A stretch of DNA of 40,421 nucleotides from Clostridia bacterium (GTDB lineage: Bacteria; Bacillota; Clostridia; UMGS1883): assembly GCA_017466275.1 (NCBI GenBank), contig JAFTUL010000018.1, positions 1 through 40,421 on the forward strand, given 5' to 3'. Each line of letters starts with the position of its first letter. The first letter of the stretch is position 1. Shown piece after piece: positions 26,605-39,469 of this stretch. The position numbers were made by a program, and so were the translations under genes. Under the pieces are notes generated by a model. The model saw only the letters and a program-made list of their open reading frames with translations, ran no database searches and was not told the DNA's origin.

Positions 26605-28491
26605 ATGGGAAAAATCAATGTACTTGACAAATTTACTGCCGAGAAAATTGCGGCAGGTGAAGTTGTAGAAAGACCTGCCAGCGTTATAAAAGAGCTGGTG
26701 GAAAATGCCATTGATGCAGGTGCTACAACTGTCACCGTCGAAATTAAAGATGGCGGAACTACATATATGCGTGTCGCCGACAACGGCAGCGGTATGGATA
26801 AAGATGATGCCCGCACGGCATTTTTAAGGCACGCTACAAGCAAGATAAAAACCGATAAGGATTTGGAGCATATTGCAACCCTCGGTTTCCGTGGAGAGGC
26901 ACTCTGTTCCATTGCTGCGGTGAGCCGCACGGAGCTTTTCACCAAGCAACGCACCTCCGACGAGGGTACACACGTAGTGGTTGAGGGTGGCGAGGAAAAG
27001 CTTTTCGAAAGTGCAGGCTGTCCCGACGGTACGACGATTATTGTAAAAAACCTTTTCTTCAACACTCCTGCGAGAATGAAGTTTCTGAAAAAAGATTCCG
27101 TTGAAGCATCTGCCGTAACAGATGTCTGTAACAAGCAGGCACTCAGCCATCCCGACGTTTCAATCCGCCTTATCCGTGACGGAAAGGATGTACTTTTCTC
27201 CCCCGGTGACAACACCCTGAAAAATGCCGTTCACTCGGTTTACGGCAGGGATATTGCAAACTCCACCGCTTCGGTGGACTACACAAAAAACGGCATCCGT
27301 GTTTTCGGTCTGACGGGCAAAAATAACCTTTCAAGGCCGAACAGACTGATGCAGGTATTCTTTATAAACGGCAGATTTGTGGTAAATAAAACGCTTCTTG
27401 CCGCTGTGAGCGAGGCTTACAAAAACGAGCTTATGGTTGGCAGATTCCCCGTATGCATACTGAACGTAGAAATGGACCCTGCCCTTGTGGATGTAAATGT
27501 TCACCCCGGCAAAACGGAGGTTAAATTTGCTTCCGAGCAGGATGTGTACGAGGCTTGTTACTGGGCTGTAAAAAACGCCCTTACGGAAATTGCCGCACCC
27601 AGAGAGGTTGGCATTTTGAATAACAAGGAAGCATTTAAAATGCCCATTACCGTAAAAAATGCAGAACAGATTTCCTTTACCAAGCCCAAGGCAGAGATAA
27701 AGAAGTCGGCATTTACCCCCTACACTCCCCCAAAGGAAACTCCCAAGCCCAAAATTCTTACGGAGAATCAGATTCGGGAAGAAGTTAAGGGGTTTGACGG
27801 AAAGCTTCCTGTAAGAGAAATTGAGGGTGTACAAAGAATAAAAGAAGAAAAGATTGACATTTCCAAGGAAATTCAGAATGCTATTGAAAAGGCACAAGCT
27901 ACCGAAAAGCCCGATACCGTTTGTGATGTAAAAATTATCGGTCAGCTTTTCGATACATATATACTTGCGGAGGGTGACGGCGAATTTTTCCTGATGGACC
28001 AGCACGCCGCACACGAAAGAATCCGCTACGAAGAAATCCGCAGAAGCGGGTACAAGACAGATACTCAGCTTCTCTTAATGCCCATTACAGTGAACCTTAC
28101 TCCCGAGGAAAAGACACTTGCTTTAGAAAGAAGCGAGCTACTCCTTTCTATGGGATTTCAGGTTGAGGATTTTGGGACAAACAGCGTAGTATTACGCTCT
28201 CTCCCCTCCGACTGTCCATTCCAGGAGGGCGAGGGATTGTTTATCGAAATACTCGGCGTTCTGGCAGGTGGAGAGCCGGGCGAGATTTCGGCAATGCTTG
28301 ACAAGGCAATCTACACAATTGCCTGCCGAAGTGCCATTAAAGCACACCAGAAGCTTTCTCTTCCCGAACTTGAAAAGCTATACGCACAGGCTTCTTCACT
28401 TGAGGGTATTACAACCTGCCCCCACGGAAGACCGATTACAGTAAAGCTTACCCGTTACCAGATAGAGAAAATGTTTGGCAGGATTGTGTGA
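26605..28491 (+). CDS. mutL: DNA mismatch repair endonuclease MutL
   Basis: IAAGEVVERP, ELVENAIDAG, LGFRGEAL, DQHAAHERIRYE, ACR, CPHGRP. Confidence 0.98.
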   Translation: MGKINVLDKFTAEKIAAGEVVERPASVIKELVENAIDAGATTVTVEIKDGGTTYMRVADNGSGMDKDDARTAFLRHATSKIKTDKDLEHIATLGFRGEALCSIAAVSRTELFTKQRTSDEGTHVVVEGGEEKLFESAGCPDGTTIIVKNLFFNTPARMKFLKKDSVEASAVTDVCNKQALSHPDVSIRLIRDGKDVLFSPGDNTLKNAVHSVYGRDIANSTASVDYTKNGIRVFGLTGKNNLSRPNRLMQVFFINGRFVVNKTLLAAVSEAYKNELMVGRFPVCILNVEMDPALVDVNVHPGKTEVKFASEQDVYEACYWAVKNALTEIAAPREVGILNNKEAFKMPITVKNAEQISFTKPKAEIKKSAFTPYTPPKETPKPKILTENQIREEVKGFDGKLPVREIEGVQRIKEEKIDISKEIQNAIEKAQATEKPDTVCDVKIIGQLFDTYILAEGDGEFFLMDQHAAHERIRYEEIRRSGYKTDTQLLLMPITVNLTPEEKTLALERSELLLSMGFQVEDFGTNSVVLRSLPSDCPFQEGEGLFIEILGVLAGGEPGEISAMLDKAIYTIACRSAIKAHQKLSLPELEKLYAQASSLEGITTCPHGRPITVKLTRYQIEKMFGRIV

Positions 28492-28504
28492 CGGGGGTAC
28501 GGCT

Positions 28505-29431
28505 ATGACAAAAAAAATACCCCTTGTAATCGTTGCAGGTGCAACAGCCTCGGGAAAGACGGGGCTTGGAATAAAACTTGCCGAAAAATTGAACGGTGAG
28601 GTTATCTCCTGCGACTCAATGCAAATATACAAAAATCTATCCATAGGTACGGCAAAACCCACAAAGGAGGAAATGGGGAATATCCCCCACCATATGCTTG
28701 ACGTGGCGGAGCCGTGGGAGGAATTCAGTGTAGAAAAATACTGCTCTATGGCACACGGAATAATCCGTGACATACACAGCCGCGGCAAGCTTCCCATAAT
28801 GGTTGGCGGTACGGGGCTGTATGCAGACAACACAGTTTTTGCAACCACATTCTCCGCACCCAAAAGGGATGAAAAGCTTTCTTCTGAGCTTACGCGTTAT
28901 GCCGAGGAAAACGGCAACGAGGCACTTTTCGAAATTCTCCAAAAAGAAGACCCCGAGGCGGCAAAGACGCTCCATCCCAACGACGTAAAAAGGGTTGTCC
29001 GTGCTATTGAAACTGTCCGCACTACAGGGAAAACGAGGGCTGAGCTTGACAGCGAAAGCCGTCCCGAGGAAAGTCCCTACGATTATATTTACCTTGCAAT
29101 TGATATGGATAGAGAGCTTCTCTACCAAAGAATTGATAAAAGAGCAGATATAATGCTTGAAGACGGACTTCTGGATGAGGTCAGGGAATTTATTCTCCCC
29201 AACCTTTCCCGAATGACAACCGCTGCGGCGGCAATAGGCTACCGTGAAGCAGTATGGTATTTTAAAGGCTTGTGCACCTATACCGAGATGGTGGAGCTTT
29301 TAAAAAGAAACACACGTAGGTACGCTAAAAGGCAACTGACGTGGCTACGAAAGAACAACGAGGTACATTGGCTTGATTTTAAAAACGCACAGAGTCAAGC
29401 TGAAGAATTGATTAACAAGAAAGGATTTTGA
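28505..29431 (+). CDS. miaA: tRNA dimethylallyltransferase MiaA
   Basis: [41 protein letters not shown]. Start ATG 28505. Confidence 0.97.
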   Translation: MTKKIPLVIVAGATASGKTGLGIKLAEKLNGEVISCDSMQIYKNLSIGTAKPTKEEMGNIPHHMLDVAEPWEEFSVEKYCSMAHGIIRDIHSRGKLPIMVGGTGLYADNTVFATTFSAPKRDEKLSSELTRYAEENGNEALFEILQKEDPEAAKTLHPNDVKRVVRAIETVRTTGKTRAELDSESRPEESPYDYIYLAIDMDRELLYQRIDKRADIMLEDGLLDEVREFILPNLSRMTTAAAAIGYREAVWYFKGLCTYTEMVELLKRNTRRYAKRQLTWLRKNNEVHWLDFKNAQSQAEELINKKGF

Positions 29432-29433
29432 CA

Positions 29434-29682
29434 ATGAAAACACAGGTTAATTTGCAGGACGTATTTTTGAATCAGGTAAGAAAAGACAAACAGGCCATTA
29501 CAATTTTTCTTGTAAGCGGTTTTCAGATAAGAGGTCTTGTAACAGGCTTTGACAACTACACGGTAGTCCTTGATTGTGACGGTAAGCAGGAGCTTATCTA
29601 TAAACACGCAATTTCTACTATTATTCCCACCTACCCCGTAAACTTTATGGCGGCGGAAAAGGAGCAGAGTGAGGCTCTGTAA
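29434..29682 (+). CDS. hfq: RNA chaperone Hfq
   Basis: [33 protein letters not shown]; miaA-hfq synteny. Confidence 0.96.
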   Translation: MKTQVNLQDVFLNQVRKDKQAITIFLVSGFQIRGLVTGFDNYTVVLDCDGKQELIYKHAISTIIPTYPVNFMAAEKEQSEAL

Positions 29683-29720
29683 AATATATTTATTACACAA
29701 AAAGGAGGCGCACACTAAAA

Positions 29721-30935
29721 ATGAATAAATATCTGAAAAGATTTCTGTTTTTTTCACTACTTCTGACTTTCATAAGTACGGTCAGCTATTGCAGTGCGCC
29801 TTTTGATACAGAAACTGCACAAACGATTAATGTCCGTAAAACAATTAACGGAGAGGGATACATTCTCCGAAATGAAACAACGGTATCGCCCCAGTCCAAG
29901 GGGGCATTTGAGTCAGGTGTTCAGGACGGGACAAGGGTTTCCAGGAACGGAAGTCTGGGTATTACCATCAGCGGTAATTATAATGAGGAGCTTGTAGAGC
30001 AGCTTAAATCAGTAACAAAACGAATTGACGATATTGAAAAGGCAAACAGTTTTTCCAATATGTACTCTTCGGATGAAGCACGTATCTTCTCCGGACTTAA
30101 AGACCTTTCCGCGGCAATCCGTGAGGATGTCAGAAATCAGGACTTTATTTCTGCAACGGAAAACGCAACCCAGCTTTCCAATCTGCTTATTAAAAAAGAA
30201 ACTACCGACGACCGCGGTTCAACGGCAAACCTACTTTCGGAGCTTAAAGGAAAAAAGTACGAGCTTGAGCAGCAGCTCGGCGGAATCCGTCAGGAGGTAC
30301 GCTCTCCTGCGGCAGGATATTTCTATACTTCACTCGACGGTCTTGAAAGAACAATCAAGGAAACGGAAATTACAGCGATTTCCACCTCGGAAATTTATGA
30401 GTTTGACAACACTCTTAAAAACAATATCCCCGACGCAGGAAGCATAGGCAAAATTATAGACACCTATGCGTGGTATCTTGCCTGTGTCCTTGGAACGGAC
30501 AAGGTTGCACCGCTTAAAGCAGGAGGCACAGTTACCCTCTCCATTGACGAATCTACAGGGGTTAAGGCAACCGTACTGGCAATAAACGAGGACGATGCAG
30601 GAAGCTGTGCCGTTTTACTCAAATGCACACGCGATATTTCCGGTATTTTTGAGAAACGGAAAGTGGATTTTGAAATCTGTTACGAGGAATATAACGGACT
30701 TTATGTCCCTGCAGCAGCTATAAGAGTCGTGGACGGAGTAACAGGTGTTTACGTGATTAACAGAAATGATGCAGTATCTTTCCGTGCAGTTGACATTATT
30801 CTGCAGGAGGAAGACTACTATATTGTAAGGAGCAGCTTTACTCCCCCTGCGGATGTAAAGTTTTCTCCTCTCAGACTTTATGATGATATTTTGGTAAATC
30901 CGGAGGTGGCACACCGCAATGAGCTTAAAGAATAA
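29721..30935 (+). CDS. HlyD-like membrane-fusion/adaptor protein (clostridial gene upstream of yggS)
   Basis: N-terminal hydrophobic anchor, coiled-coil core, SPAAGYFYTSLDGLE, GLYVP...GVTGVYV. Confidence 0.75.
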   Translation: MNKYLKRFLFFSLLLTFISTVSYCSAPFDTETAQTINVRKTINGEGYILRNETTVSPQSKGAFESGVQDGTRVSRNGSLGITISGNYNEELVEQLKSVTKRIDDIEKANSFSNMYSSDEARIFSGLKDLSAAIREDVRNQDFISATENATQLSNLLIKKETTDDRGSTANLLSELKGKKYELEQQLGGIRQEVRSPAAGYFYTSLDGLERTIKETEITAISTSEIYEFDNTLKNNIPDAGSIGKIIDTYAWYLACVLGTDKVAPLKAGGTVTLSIDESTGVKATVLAINEDDAGSCAVLLKCTRDISGIFEKRKVDFEICYEEYNGLYVPAAAIRVVDGVTGVYVINRNDAVSFRAVDIILQEEDYYIVRSSFTPPADVKFSPLRLYDDILVNPEVAHRNELKE

Positions 30936-31581
30936 CCTTCAAACCATCCATAAGAAAATTGAGGATGCGTGCCTCAGAGCTAATCGAAATCCCGAGGAGG
31001 TAACTCTCGTTTGCGTATCCAAGACGATTGATGCCGAAACCATCTCGGAGGCTTACTCCCTTGGGGAAAAGGTTTTCGGTGAAAACCGACCGCAGGAGCT
31101 GAGGGACAAGCTTGACAAGGTAGCGGGTGCAAACTGGCACCTTATAGGGCATCTCCAGTCAAACAAGGTAAAATATGTTGTTGGAAAGGCAGCCCTCATC
31201 CATTCCGTAGACAGCCTTAACATAGCATCCGCAATAAATGAGCAGGCAGGAAAGCTCAAGGTTGCACAGGACATTTTGCTTGAGGTTAACATTTCGGGGG
31301 AAGAAAGCAAATATGGTTTGACAACAGAGGAAATCCCTAATATAATTAAAGAGATAGGGATGCTTTCAAATATCCGCTTTAAAGGGTTTATGACTATGGC
31401 ACCCTTGGGTGCACCCGAAAGCGAGATTAGAAGCATTTTCAAAAAAGCAAAAGAGCTTTTTGACTCCCATAAAAAAGACGGTGCAACCATTCTATCAATG
31501 GGTATGAGCAATGATTTTGAGATTGCCATTGAGGAAGGTGCAACTCTGGTAAGAGTGGGACGTGCGATTTTTAAAGGCTAA
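30919..31581 (+). CDS. yggS: PLP homeostasis protein YggS/YlmE
   Basis: LVCVSKT, FGENRPQE, WHLIGHLQSNKVK, LSMGMSNDF, VRVGRAIF. Confidence 0.95.
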   Translation: MSLKNNLQTIHKKIEDACLRANRNPEEVTLVCVSKTIDAETISEAYSLGEKVFGENRPQELRDKLDKVAGANWHLIGHLQSNKVKYVVGKAALIHSVDSLNIASAINEQAGKLKVAQDILLEVNISGEESKYGLTTEEIPNIIKEIGMLSNIRFKGFMTMAPLGAPESEIRSIFKKAKELFDSHKKDGATILSMGMSNDFEIAIEEGATLVRVGRAIFKG

Positions 31582-31617
31582 TAATTTTAGTAAACATATA
31601 TTTTAGGAGGATTTGTT

Positions 31618-32052
31618 ATGAATTTCACAAAAAAAATCAGTGACCTTATTTTCGGACCCGAAGAAGATGAAGAAGTAGATTTTGCCGCAGAAACTGAAGC
31701 CGCTTCCATGGAGCCTGCCCGTTCTTCCGCAGCAAAAAAATCCAAAATCGTAAGCATTGCCGCAACAACACAGATGAAGGTTGTTGTAGTTTCTATCGAG
31801 CGTTTTGACGAAGCTAAAGAGGTTGTAGACCATCTTCGCAACAAAAAGCCCGTTGTTGTTAATCTTGAAAAGCTTGATAAGGATATTTCCCGCAGAGTTA
31901 TCGATATTATCAGCGGTGCATCCTATGCACTTCAGGGAAGCACACAGAAGGTTGCAAAGGGTATTTTCCTTGTAGCTCCCTACAATGTTGACATTATGGC
32001 AGATGTTCGTGACGAGCTTCAGAATGCCGAGTTCTTCCCATGGGAGGAATAA
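31618..32052 (+). CDS. sepF: Cell division protein SepF
   Basis: VVVNLE...RRVIDIISGASYALQG...IFLVAP; ylmE-sepF synteny. Confidence 0.93.
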   Translation: MNFTKKISDLIFGPEEDEEVDFAAETEAASMEPARSSAAKKSKIVSIAATTQMKVVVVSIERFDEAKEVVDHLRNKKPVVVNLEKLDKDISRRVIDIISGASYALQGSTQKVAKGIFLVAPYNVDIMADVRDELQNAEFFPWEE

Positions 32053-32816
32053 GCAAAAGTCAGTTCCTTTATTCTCTTGATGCACGCCACAGCGTTATGT
32101 TTGCCCATATCTTTGATATAGCAGTTAAGGCTGACAGGTACGGGTGTGGCGTGTATGGAGATTTTCTGTCCGAAAACAGCATTTCCGAGCTTCTTTCCCG
32201 AAAGGATTTTCTCCCAATGGAGCCGGCTCTTTTCGGTGGTTTTGACGATGCTGAAAGGCAAATGGTGGCATTTTTGCCCGATTATGAGGAGCCGTCTTTT
32301 CCCATCTGTGCAGTAAAGATTTCCTCACCTGTGATAAGCTCTCTTTCCCACCGCGACTTCCTTGGAAGTATTCTGGGCTTGGGTATAAAAAGGGAGAAGT
32401 GCGGCGATATTATCATTGGTGAAAAGGAAGCTTTTGTCATACTTTCCGAGGAGATTTCTTCTTACGTATTGAATTCCCTTGAAAAAGTCGGCAGAGTCGG
32501 TGTTAAATGCGAGATTGTACCCCTTTCAGAAATAAAAGTTCCCGAAAAAAGCTTTAAGCCCATTACCGGAACTGTTTCCTCACTCCGTCTTGATGCGGTT
32601 ATTTCCCTTTTTTCGGGGAAAGGCAGAAGCAAGGCAAGTGAGGTTATTGCAGGCGGACTCGTTTTTATAAACGGAATTCAGGTAATGAAAAACGATTTTC
32701 ACCTAAAAGACGGGGATATTATCTCCCTCAGGGGTAAGGGCAAGGCCACTCTCTCGGTAGGCGGAACAAGCAAAAAGGACAGAATATTTATTACACTCAA
32801 GGTGAGGGGTGTCTAA
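32040..32816 (+). CDS. ylmH: YlmH/Sll1252 S4-domain RNA-binding protein
   Basis: GGFDDAERQ, LSHRDFLGSILGLGIKRE..GDI, SLRLDAV, GDIISLRGKGK. Confidence 0.9.
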   Translation: MGGISKSQFLYSLDARHSVMFAHIFDIAVKADRYGCGVYGDFLSENSISELLSRKDFLPMEPALFGGFDDAERQMVAFLPDYEEPSFPICAVKISSPVISSLSHRDFLGSILGLGIKREKCGDIIIGEKEAFVILSEEISSYVLNSLEKVGRVGVKCEIVPLSEIKVPEKSFKPITGTVSSLRLDAVISLFSGKGRSKASEVIAGGLVFINGIQVMKNDFHLKDGDIISLRGKGKATLSVGGTSKKDRIFITLKVRGV

Positions 32817-33072
32817 CCCCTCAAGGTTTAAAAAGGGAAATTTTGCATAATACTGCAGAAAATTCTGCAAATATACGACAGTATTATTCTTGAATTTTCT
32901 TTGTCTTATTAAAAATTTCCTCTTTTAAAACTCTCCGACCTTAAACGCAGATAAATTTAGGGCAATTTCAATGCGGAGGACGAAGATAGGCTGGCGCCTT
33001 TCAAGGACGACAAATTGAAAGTGTACAAATTTATCAAGTTTAAGGCTTAAGGGGTTAGGCTCCCCTCACCTT
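32799..33072. repeat. 274-bp element with 27-bp terminal inverted repeats and two internal arms (MITE-like or structured RNA)
   Basis: 32799-32825 and 33046-33072 match 24/27 as inverted repeats; arms at 32827-32929 and 32939-33045. Confidence 0.7.
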
Positions 33073-33553
33073 AACACATGGAGTTAAATTATGATTTATA
33101 TTATTGCGGCAATACTTATTGTTGCCCTTGACCAGATTTCAAAAGTACTTACCACCAGACATTTTGCATTGGGAGAGGTTAAGACCATCATCCCCGAAAT
33201 TCTGAGCTTTACCTATGTAAAAAACGAGGGTGCGGCTTTCGGGATTTTGCAGGGGGCAAGGGTTTTCTTTCTCCTTGTGACAATAGTTGTATTTTTTGGA
33301 GTTCTTTACTACATTATAAAAATACACCCTCATTCACGTCTTGAAAAATGGGCGCTTGCCTTTATGGCAGGCGGTGCTGCAGGTAATTTTATTGACAGAC
33401 TTTGTTTTGGCTATGTCCGTGATTTTATATTGGTGGATTTCATAGAATTTCCCGTATTCAATGTTGCAGACTGCTTCGTTTGTATAGGTGCAGGGCTGTA
33501 CATTCTCTATGCTTTTTCCGATATTTTTAAGAAGAAGGAAGAAAAAGAAATCG

Positions 33554-36410
<2,857 letters not shown>

Positions 36411-36411
<1 letters not shown>

Positions 36412-37175
36412 TGCTGTTTGATACACACGCACATTATTACGATAAAAAGTTTGATTCTGACCGTGACGAAATTCTTTCCTCTATGAAAGAAAACGGTGTT
36501 GGTTATATTGTCAATGCAGGGTGCGGAATCGAATCTACAAAAAGAAGTGTTGCCCTTGCAGAAAGATACGACTTTGTGTATGCAACGGCAGGCGTTCACC
36601 CCAATCATACGGAGGATATGAATGACCGTGCGTTGGATGCAATCAGAATGTATGCAAAGCACCCCAAGGTTAAGGCAATCGGTGAAATCGGACTTGACTA
36701 CTATTATAATTTCGTGGACAGAGCCGTGCAGAGAGAGGCTTTTGCAAAGCAGATTGACATTGCAAGAAATGTTAATCTCCCCTTTGTGATTCATTGCCGT
36801 GATGCCTGCAAGGACACCCTTGATATTTTAAAAAGCGAGTACAAGGGCGGCGGTGCGCTGATGCATTGCTTCAGCGAAAGCAAGGAAACGGCTAAAATTT
36901 TGCTTGATATGGGACTTACCATTGCCATAGGCGGTACGGTGACATTCAAGAACAATGTCCGCACGGTGGATGCTGTGAAATACATTCCCCTTGAAAGTCT
37001 TGTGATTGAGACGGACAGCCCATATCTTGCACCTACCCCCCACAGAGGAAAGCGTAACAGCAGTTTATATATCCACTATGTGGCAGAAAAGATTGCCGAA
37101 ATAAAGGGCGTTTCTCCCGAATTGGTTGAAGAAATCACCACGGAAAACGCCAAGAAATTTTTTGATATTGAGTGA
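36411..37175 (+). CDS. tatD: TatD-family hydrolase
   Basis: FDTHAH, GVHP, IGEIGLDY, IHCRDA, MHCFS, ETDSPYLAP; metG-tatD synteny. Confidence 0.94.
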
Positions 37176-37179
37176 TAGA

Positions 37180-38265
37180 ATGAAAAAATTATTTTTCTGT
37201 ATTCTTTGTATGATGCTCGTTTTAACAGCGTGCAACAAAGAATCTTCACAACAAAATAAAAGCTCCTCTCCGCAGGAGCTTTTGTCAAATATGACACTTT
37301 CCGAAAAAGTCGGGCAGATGTTTATTGCACGCTCTCCCTCCGTTGACGCGGATATTTACGCCAAGAAGTACAACTTGGGCGGATATATCCTCTTCGGTCA
37401 GGATTTCAAAAATTCTGACCCCGAAACCTTTAAAACTACGGTGCAGAGCTATCAGGATGCGGTCAATATCCCTATGTTTATTGCCGTTGATGAAGAGGGC
37501 GGTATTGTAAATCGTGCAAGCCGTTATCCGCAGTTTAGGGAAAAGCCTTTCCCCTCCCCTCAGGAGCTTTACAAGGAGGGCGGATTTGATGCAGTAAAGA
37601 AAGATGCAAAGGAAAAGTCGGAATTTCTCCTTGATTTGGGAATCAATATGAATTTTGCCCCAGTCTGCGACATATCGCAAAGCCCCGATGACTTTATGTT
37701 TGACAGAAGCATTGCACTTAATCCCGAAGATACGGCAACCTATGTAAAAACCGTTGTTTCTGAAATGAACTCGGCAGGAATAGGAAGTGTGCTGAAGCAT
37801 TTCCCCGGATATGGAGATAATGCAGACACCCACACCGATATAGTTGTTGATACACGGCCTTACGAAGCGTTTGTAAACTATGATTTTCTCCCGTTTAAGG
37901 CAGGAATTGACGAGGGTGCAGGCGTGGTGCTTGTATCCCACAATATTGTGGAATGTATGGATAAAGAAAGACCTGCTTCCCTTTCCCCCGAGGTTATGAG
38001 GATACTCCGCGAAGAACTTAGGTTTAACGGTCTTATTATTACAGATGACCTTGTAATGGATGCAATAGGGCTTTATACAGACAATGAATCTGCCGCTGTG
38101 CAGGCGGTAATCGCAGGAAATGACCTTTTGTGCTGTACGGATTTTACAGAGCAGATTCCCGCCGTTATAAAAGCAGTCGAGGACGGCAGAATCACAGAAG
38201 AAAGAATTAATGAATCGGTACTGCGTATTCTGAAATATAAAATAGAATTAGGAATTATAAAGTAA
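37180..38265 (+). CDS. GH3 beta-N-acetylhexosaminidase-like lipoprotein
   Basis: Lipobox LTAC; AVDEEGG, NFAPVCD, KHFPGYG....DTH (NagZ-type), ITDDL. Confidence 0.88.
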   Translation: MKKLFFCILCMMLVLTACNKESSQQNKSSSPQELLSNMTLSEKVGQMFIARSPSVDADIYAKKYNLGGYILFGQDFKNSDPETFKTTVQSYQDAVNIPMFIAVDEEGGIVNRASRYPQFREKPFPSPQELYKEGGFDAVKKDAKEKSEFLLDLGINMNFAPVCDISQSPDDFMFDRSIALNPEDTATYVKTVVSEMNSAGIGSVLKHFPGYGDNADTHTDIVVDTRPYEAFVNYDFLPFKAGIDEGAGVVLVSHNIVECMDKERPASLSPEVMRILREELRFNGLIITDDLVMDAIGLYTDNESAAVQAVIAGNDLLCCTDFTEQIPAVIKAVEDGRITEERINESVLRILKYKIELGIIK

Positions 38266-38306
38266 AAAGAAACGAATGCTCGAAATTTTTGAGCATTCGT
38301 TTCTTT
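38266..38306 (+). terminator. Intrinsic terminator after the GH3 gene
   Basis: Perfect 16-bp inverted repeat AAAGAAACGAATGCTC/GAGCATTCGTTTCTTT. Confidence 0.8.
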
Positions 38307-38319
38307 CTGTTTAGCAACA

Positions 38320-38707
38320 AGTCAAGGTAAGCACTTGACTCGGTTTAATTTTATCACATAAGTTTTTTGATGTTGACCTTTATCTCAAATTGTGATAAAA
38401 AATTTTTAACTGACACAAACTTCGGTTTTTGAAACAACGAAGCCGACCGACAAAATTCTGTCCGCATCATTTTCCTCTGCTGGCGGACAGAATTTATAAA
38501 TGTCTGATAATAAGTTTATCAATACATTTAGTTGTCGCAAAGGCAAGGCAGTTTCAAAAACAATACCCGACAGTTAAAGAAAACCACGTCCAATAAATCC
38601 TACGCCCCTGCGAGGGCGTTGAGGGGTGTGGGGAGAATCGCAACTCCCCACCGCTTTTCGCCATTTTGGCGTTCAAAATGGCACGTCCCTAATCGGCTCC
38701 GATTTAT
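38320..38707. repeat. Dense cluster of inverted repeats between convergent terminators
   Basis: Inverted repeats at 38320/38340, 38349/38400, 38453/38495, 38593/38707, 38602/38619, 38628/38651 and 38660/38682. Confidence 0.55.
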
Positions 38708-38719
38708 AAAATTTTGTGC

Positions 38720-38754
38720 AAAAAAATTTACCCCCTCGGGAATACCCGAGGGGG
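38720..38754 (-). terminator. Intrinsic terminator of the zinc-ribbon membrane protein gene
   Basis: CCCCCTCGGG-aata-CCCGAGGGGG with a T tract on the minus strand. Confidence 0.8.
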
Positions 38755-38772
38755 CATTTATTATTACATCTG

Positions 38773-39294
38773 TTATCTTACTTTATTTCCGCAGTTTGAG
38801 CAGAAAATTACGTCGTCTTCAATCTGCTTTCCGCACTTTTCACAGTACTCAATTACAGGCTGAGCAGGTTCTTCAGGAGCTTCTTCCTGCTTCTCGCTCA
38901 TATTGTTTCTGAGACGGTTGTTAATCTGCATTGTGTTCTTTACAAGGATAATGAACATCATAGTTCCCTCATAAACAAGACGTACAACCACAGGACCTAC
39001 AACCAAGAGAAGCAATCCCGGAAGAGCCAAGCTTTCAGAGTAGTCGTAATAATATTCAACCACGGAGAAAAGCATAAAGAAACCAAAGATAACACAAGCT
39101 ACTGTTGAAAGTATGTAGAAAAATTTAATGATGGATTCGAGCCACAGGCTTCTGAAATTAAAAAGGTCAGACAACCATCTGCAGAAAGGATTAAGTGTAC
39201 AATACTTTCCCTCTGGCATAATGAAAACATAGATACAAATCATTGCCGCAATTACGCCTATAAAACCTAAAACTAATGTTGCTTGAATTGGCAT
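38773..39294 (-). CDS. Membrane protein (DUF4282-like) with C-terminal zinc ribbon
   Basis: GGAGG RBS; TTGCAT-17-TAAAAT promoter (39353-39325); 3 TM; GPVVVRLVYE; CEKCG...FCSNCG. Confidence 0.8.
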   Translation of the reverse strand: MPIQATLVLGFIGVIAAMICIYVFIMPEGKYCTLNPFCRWLSDLFNFRSLWLESIIKFFYILSTVACVIFGFFMLFSVVEYYYDYSESLALPGLLLLVVGPVVVRLVYEGTMMFIILVKNTMQINNRLRNNMSEKQEEAPEEPAQPVIEYCEKCGKQIEDDVIFCSNCGNKVR

Positions 39295-39469
39295 ATAAAA
39301 CCCTCCTATATAATTTATATACATATTTTAACATAATCTGACAAATTATGCAAGATGGTTATATTAAAAATGTTTTCTTTTGTTATCATAATGTCATTCC
39401 CATAGTCCCTCAAAGGGTGCAAAAGGAGCAATATCCTATGTTTTCATCTTGCCAACAAAGTAATATGAG

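Noticed and set aside
21987-29682. miaB-ylbF-mutS-mutL-miaA-hfq cluster as a novel system
   Set aside because: This is a familiar conserved gene order in Clostridia; only the mutS-mutL spacer is unusual.
38532-38912. 126-aa ORF over the hairpin cluster (also 21603-21827, 21793-21990, 39661-40182)
   Set aside because: No RBS or protein-like motifs; they cross terminators, palindromes or opposite-strand genes.
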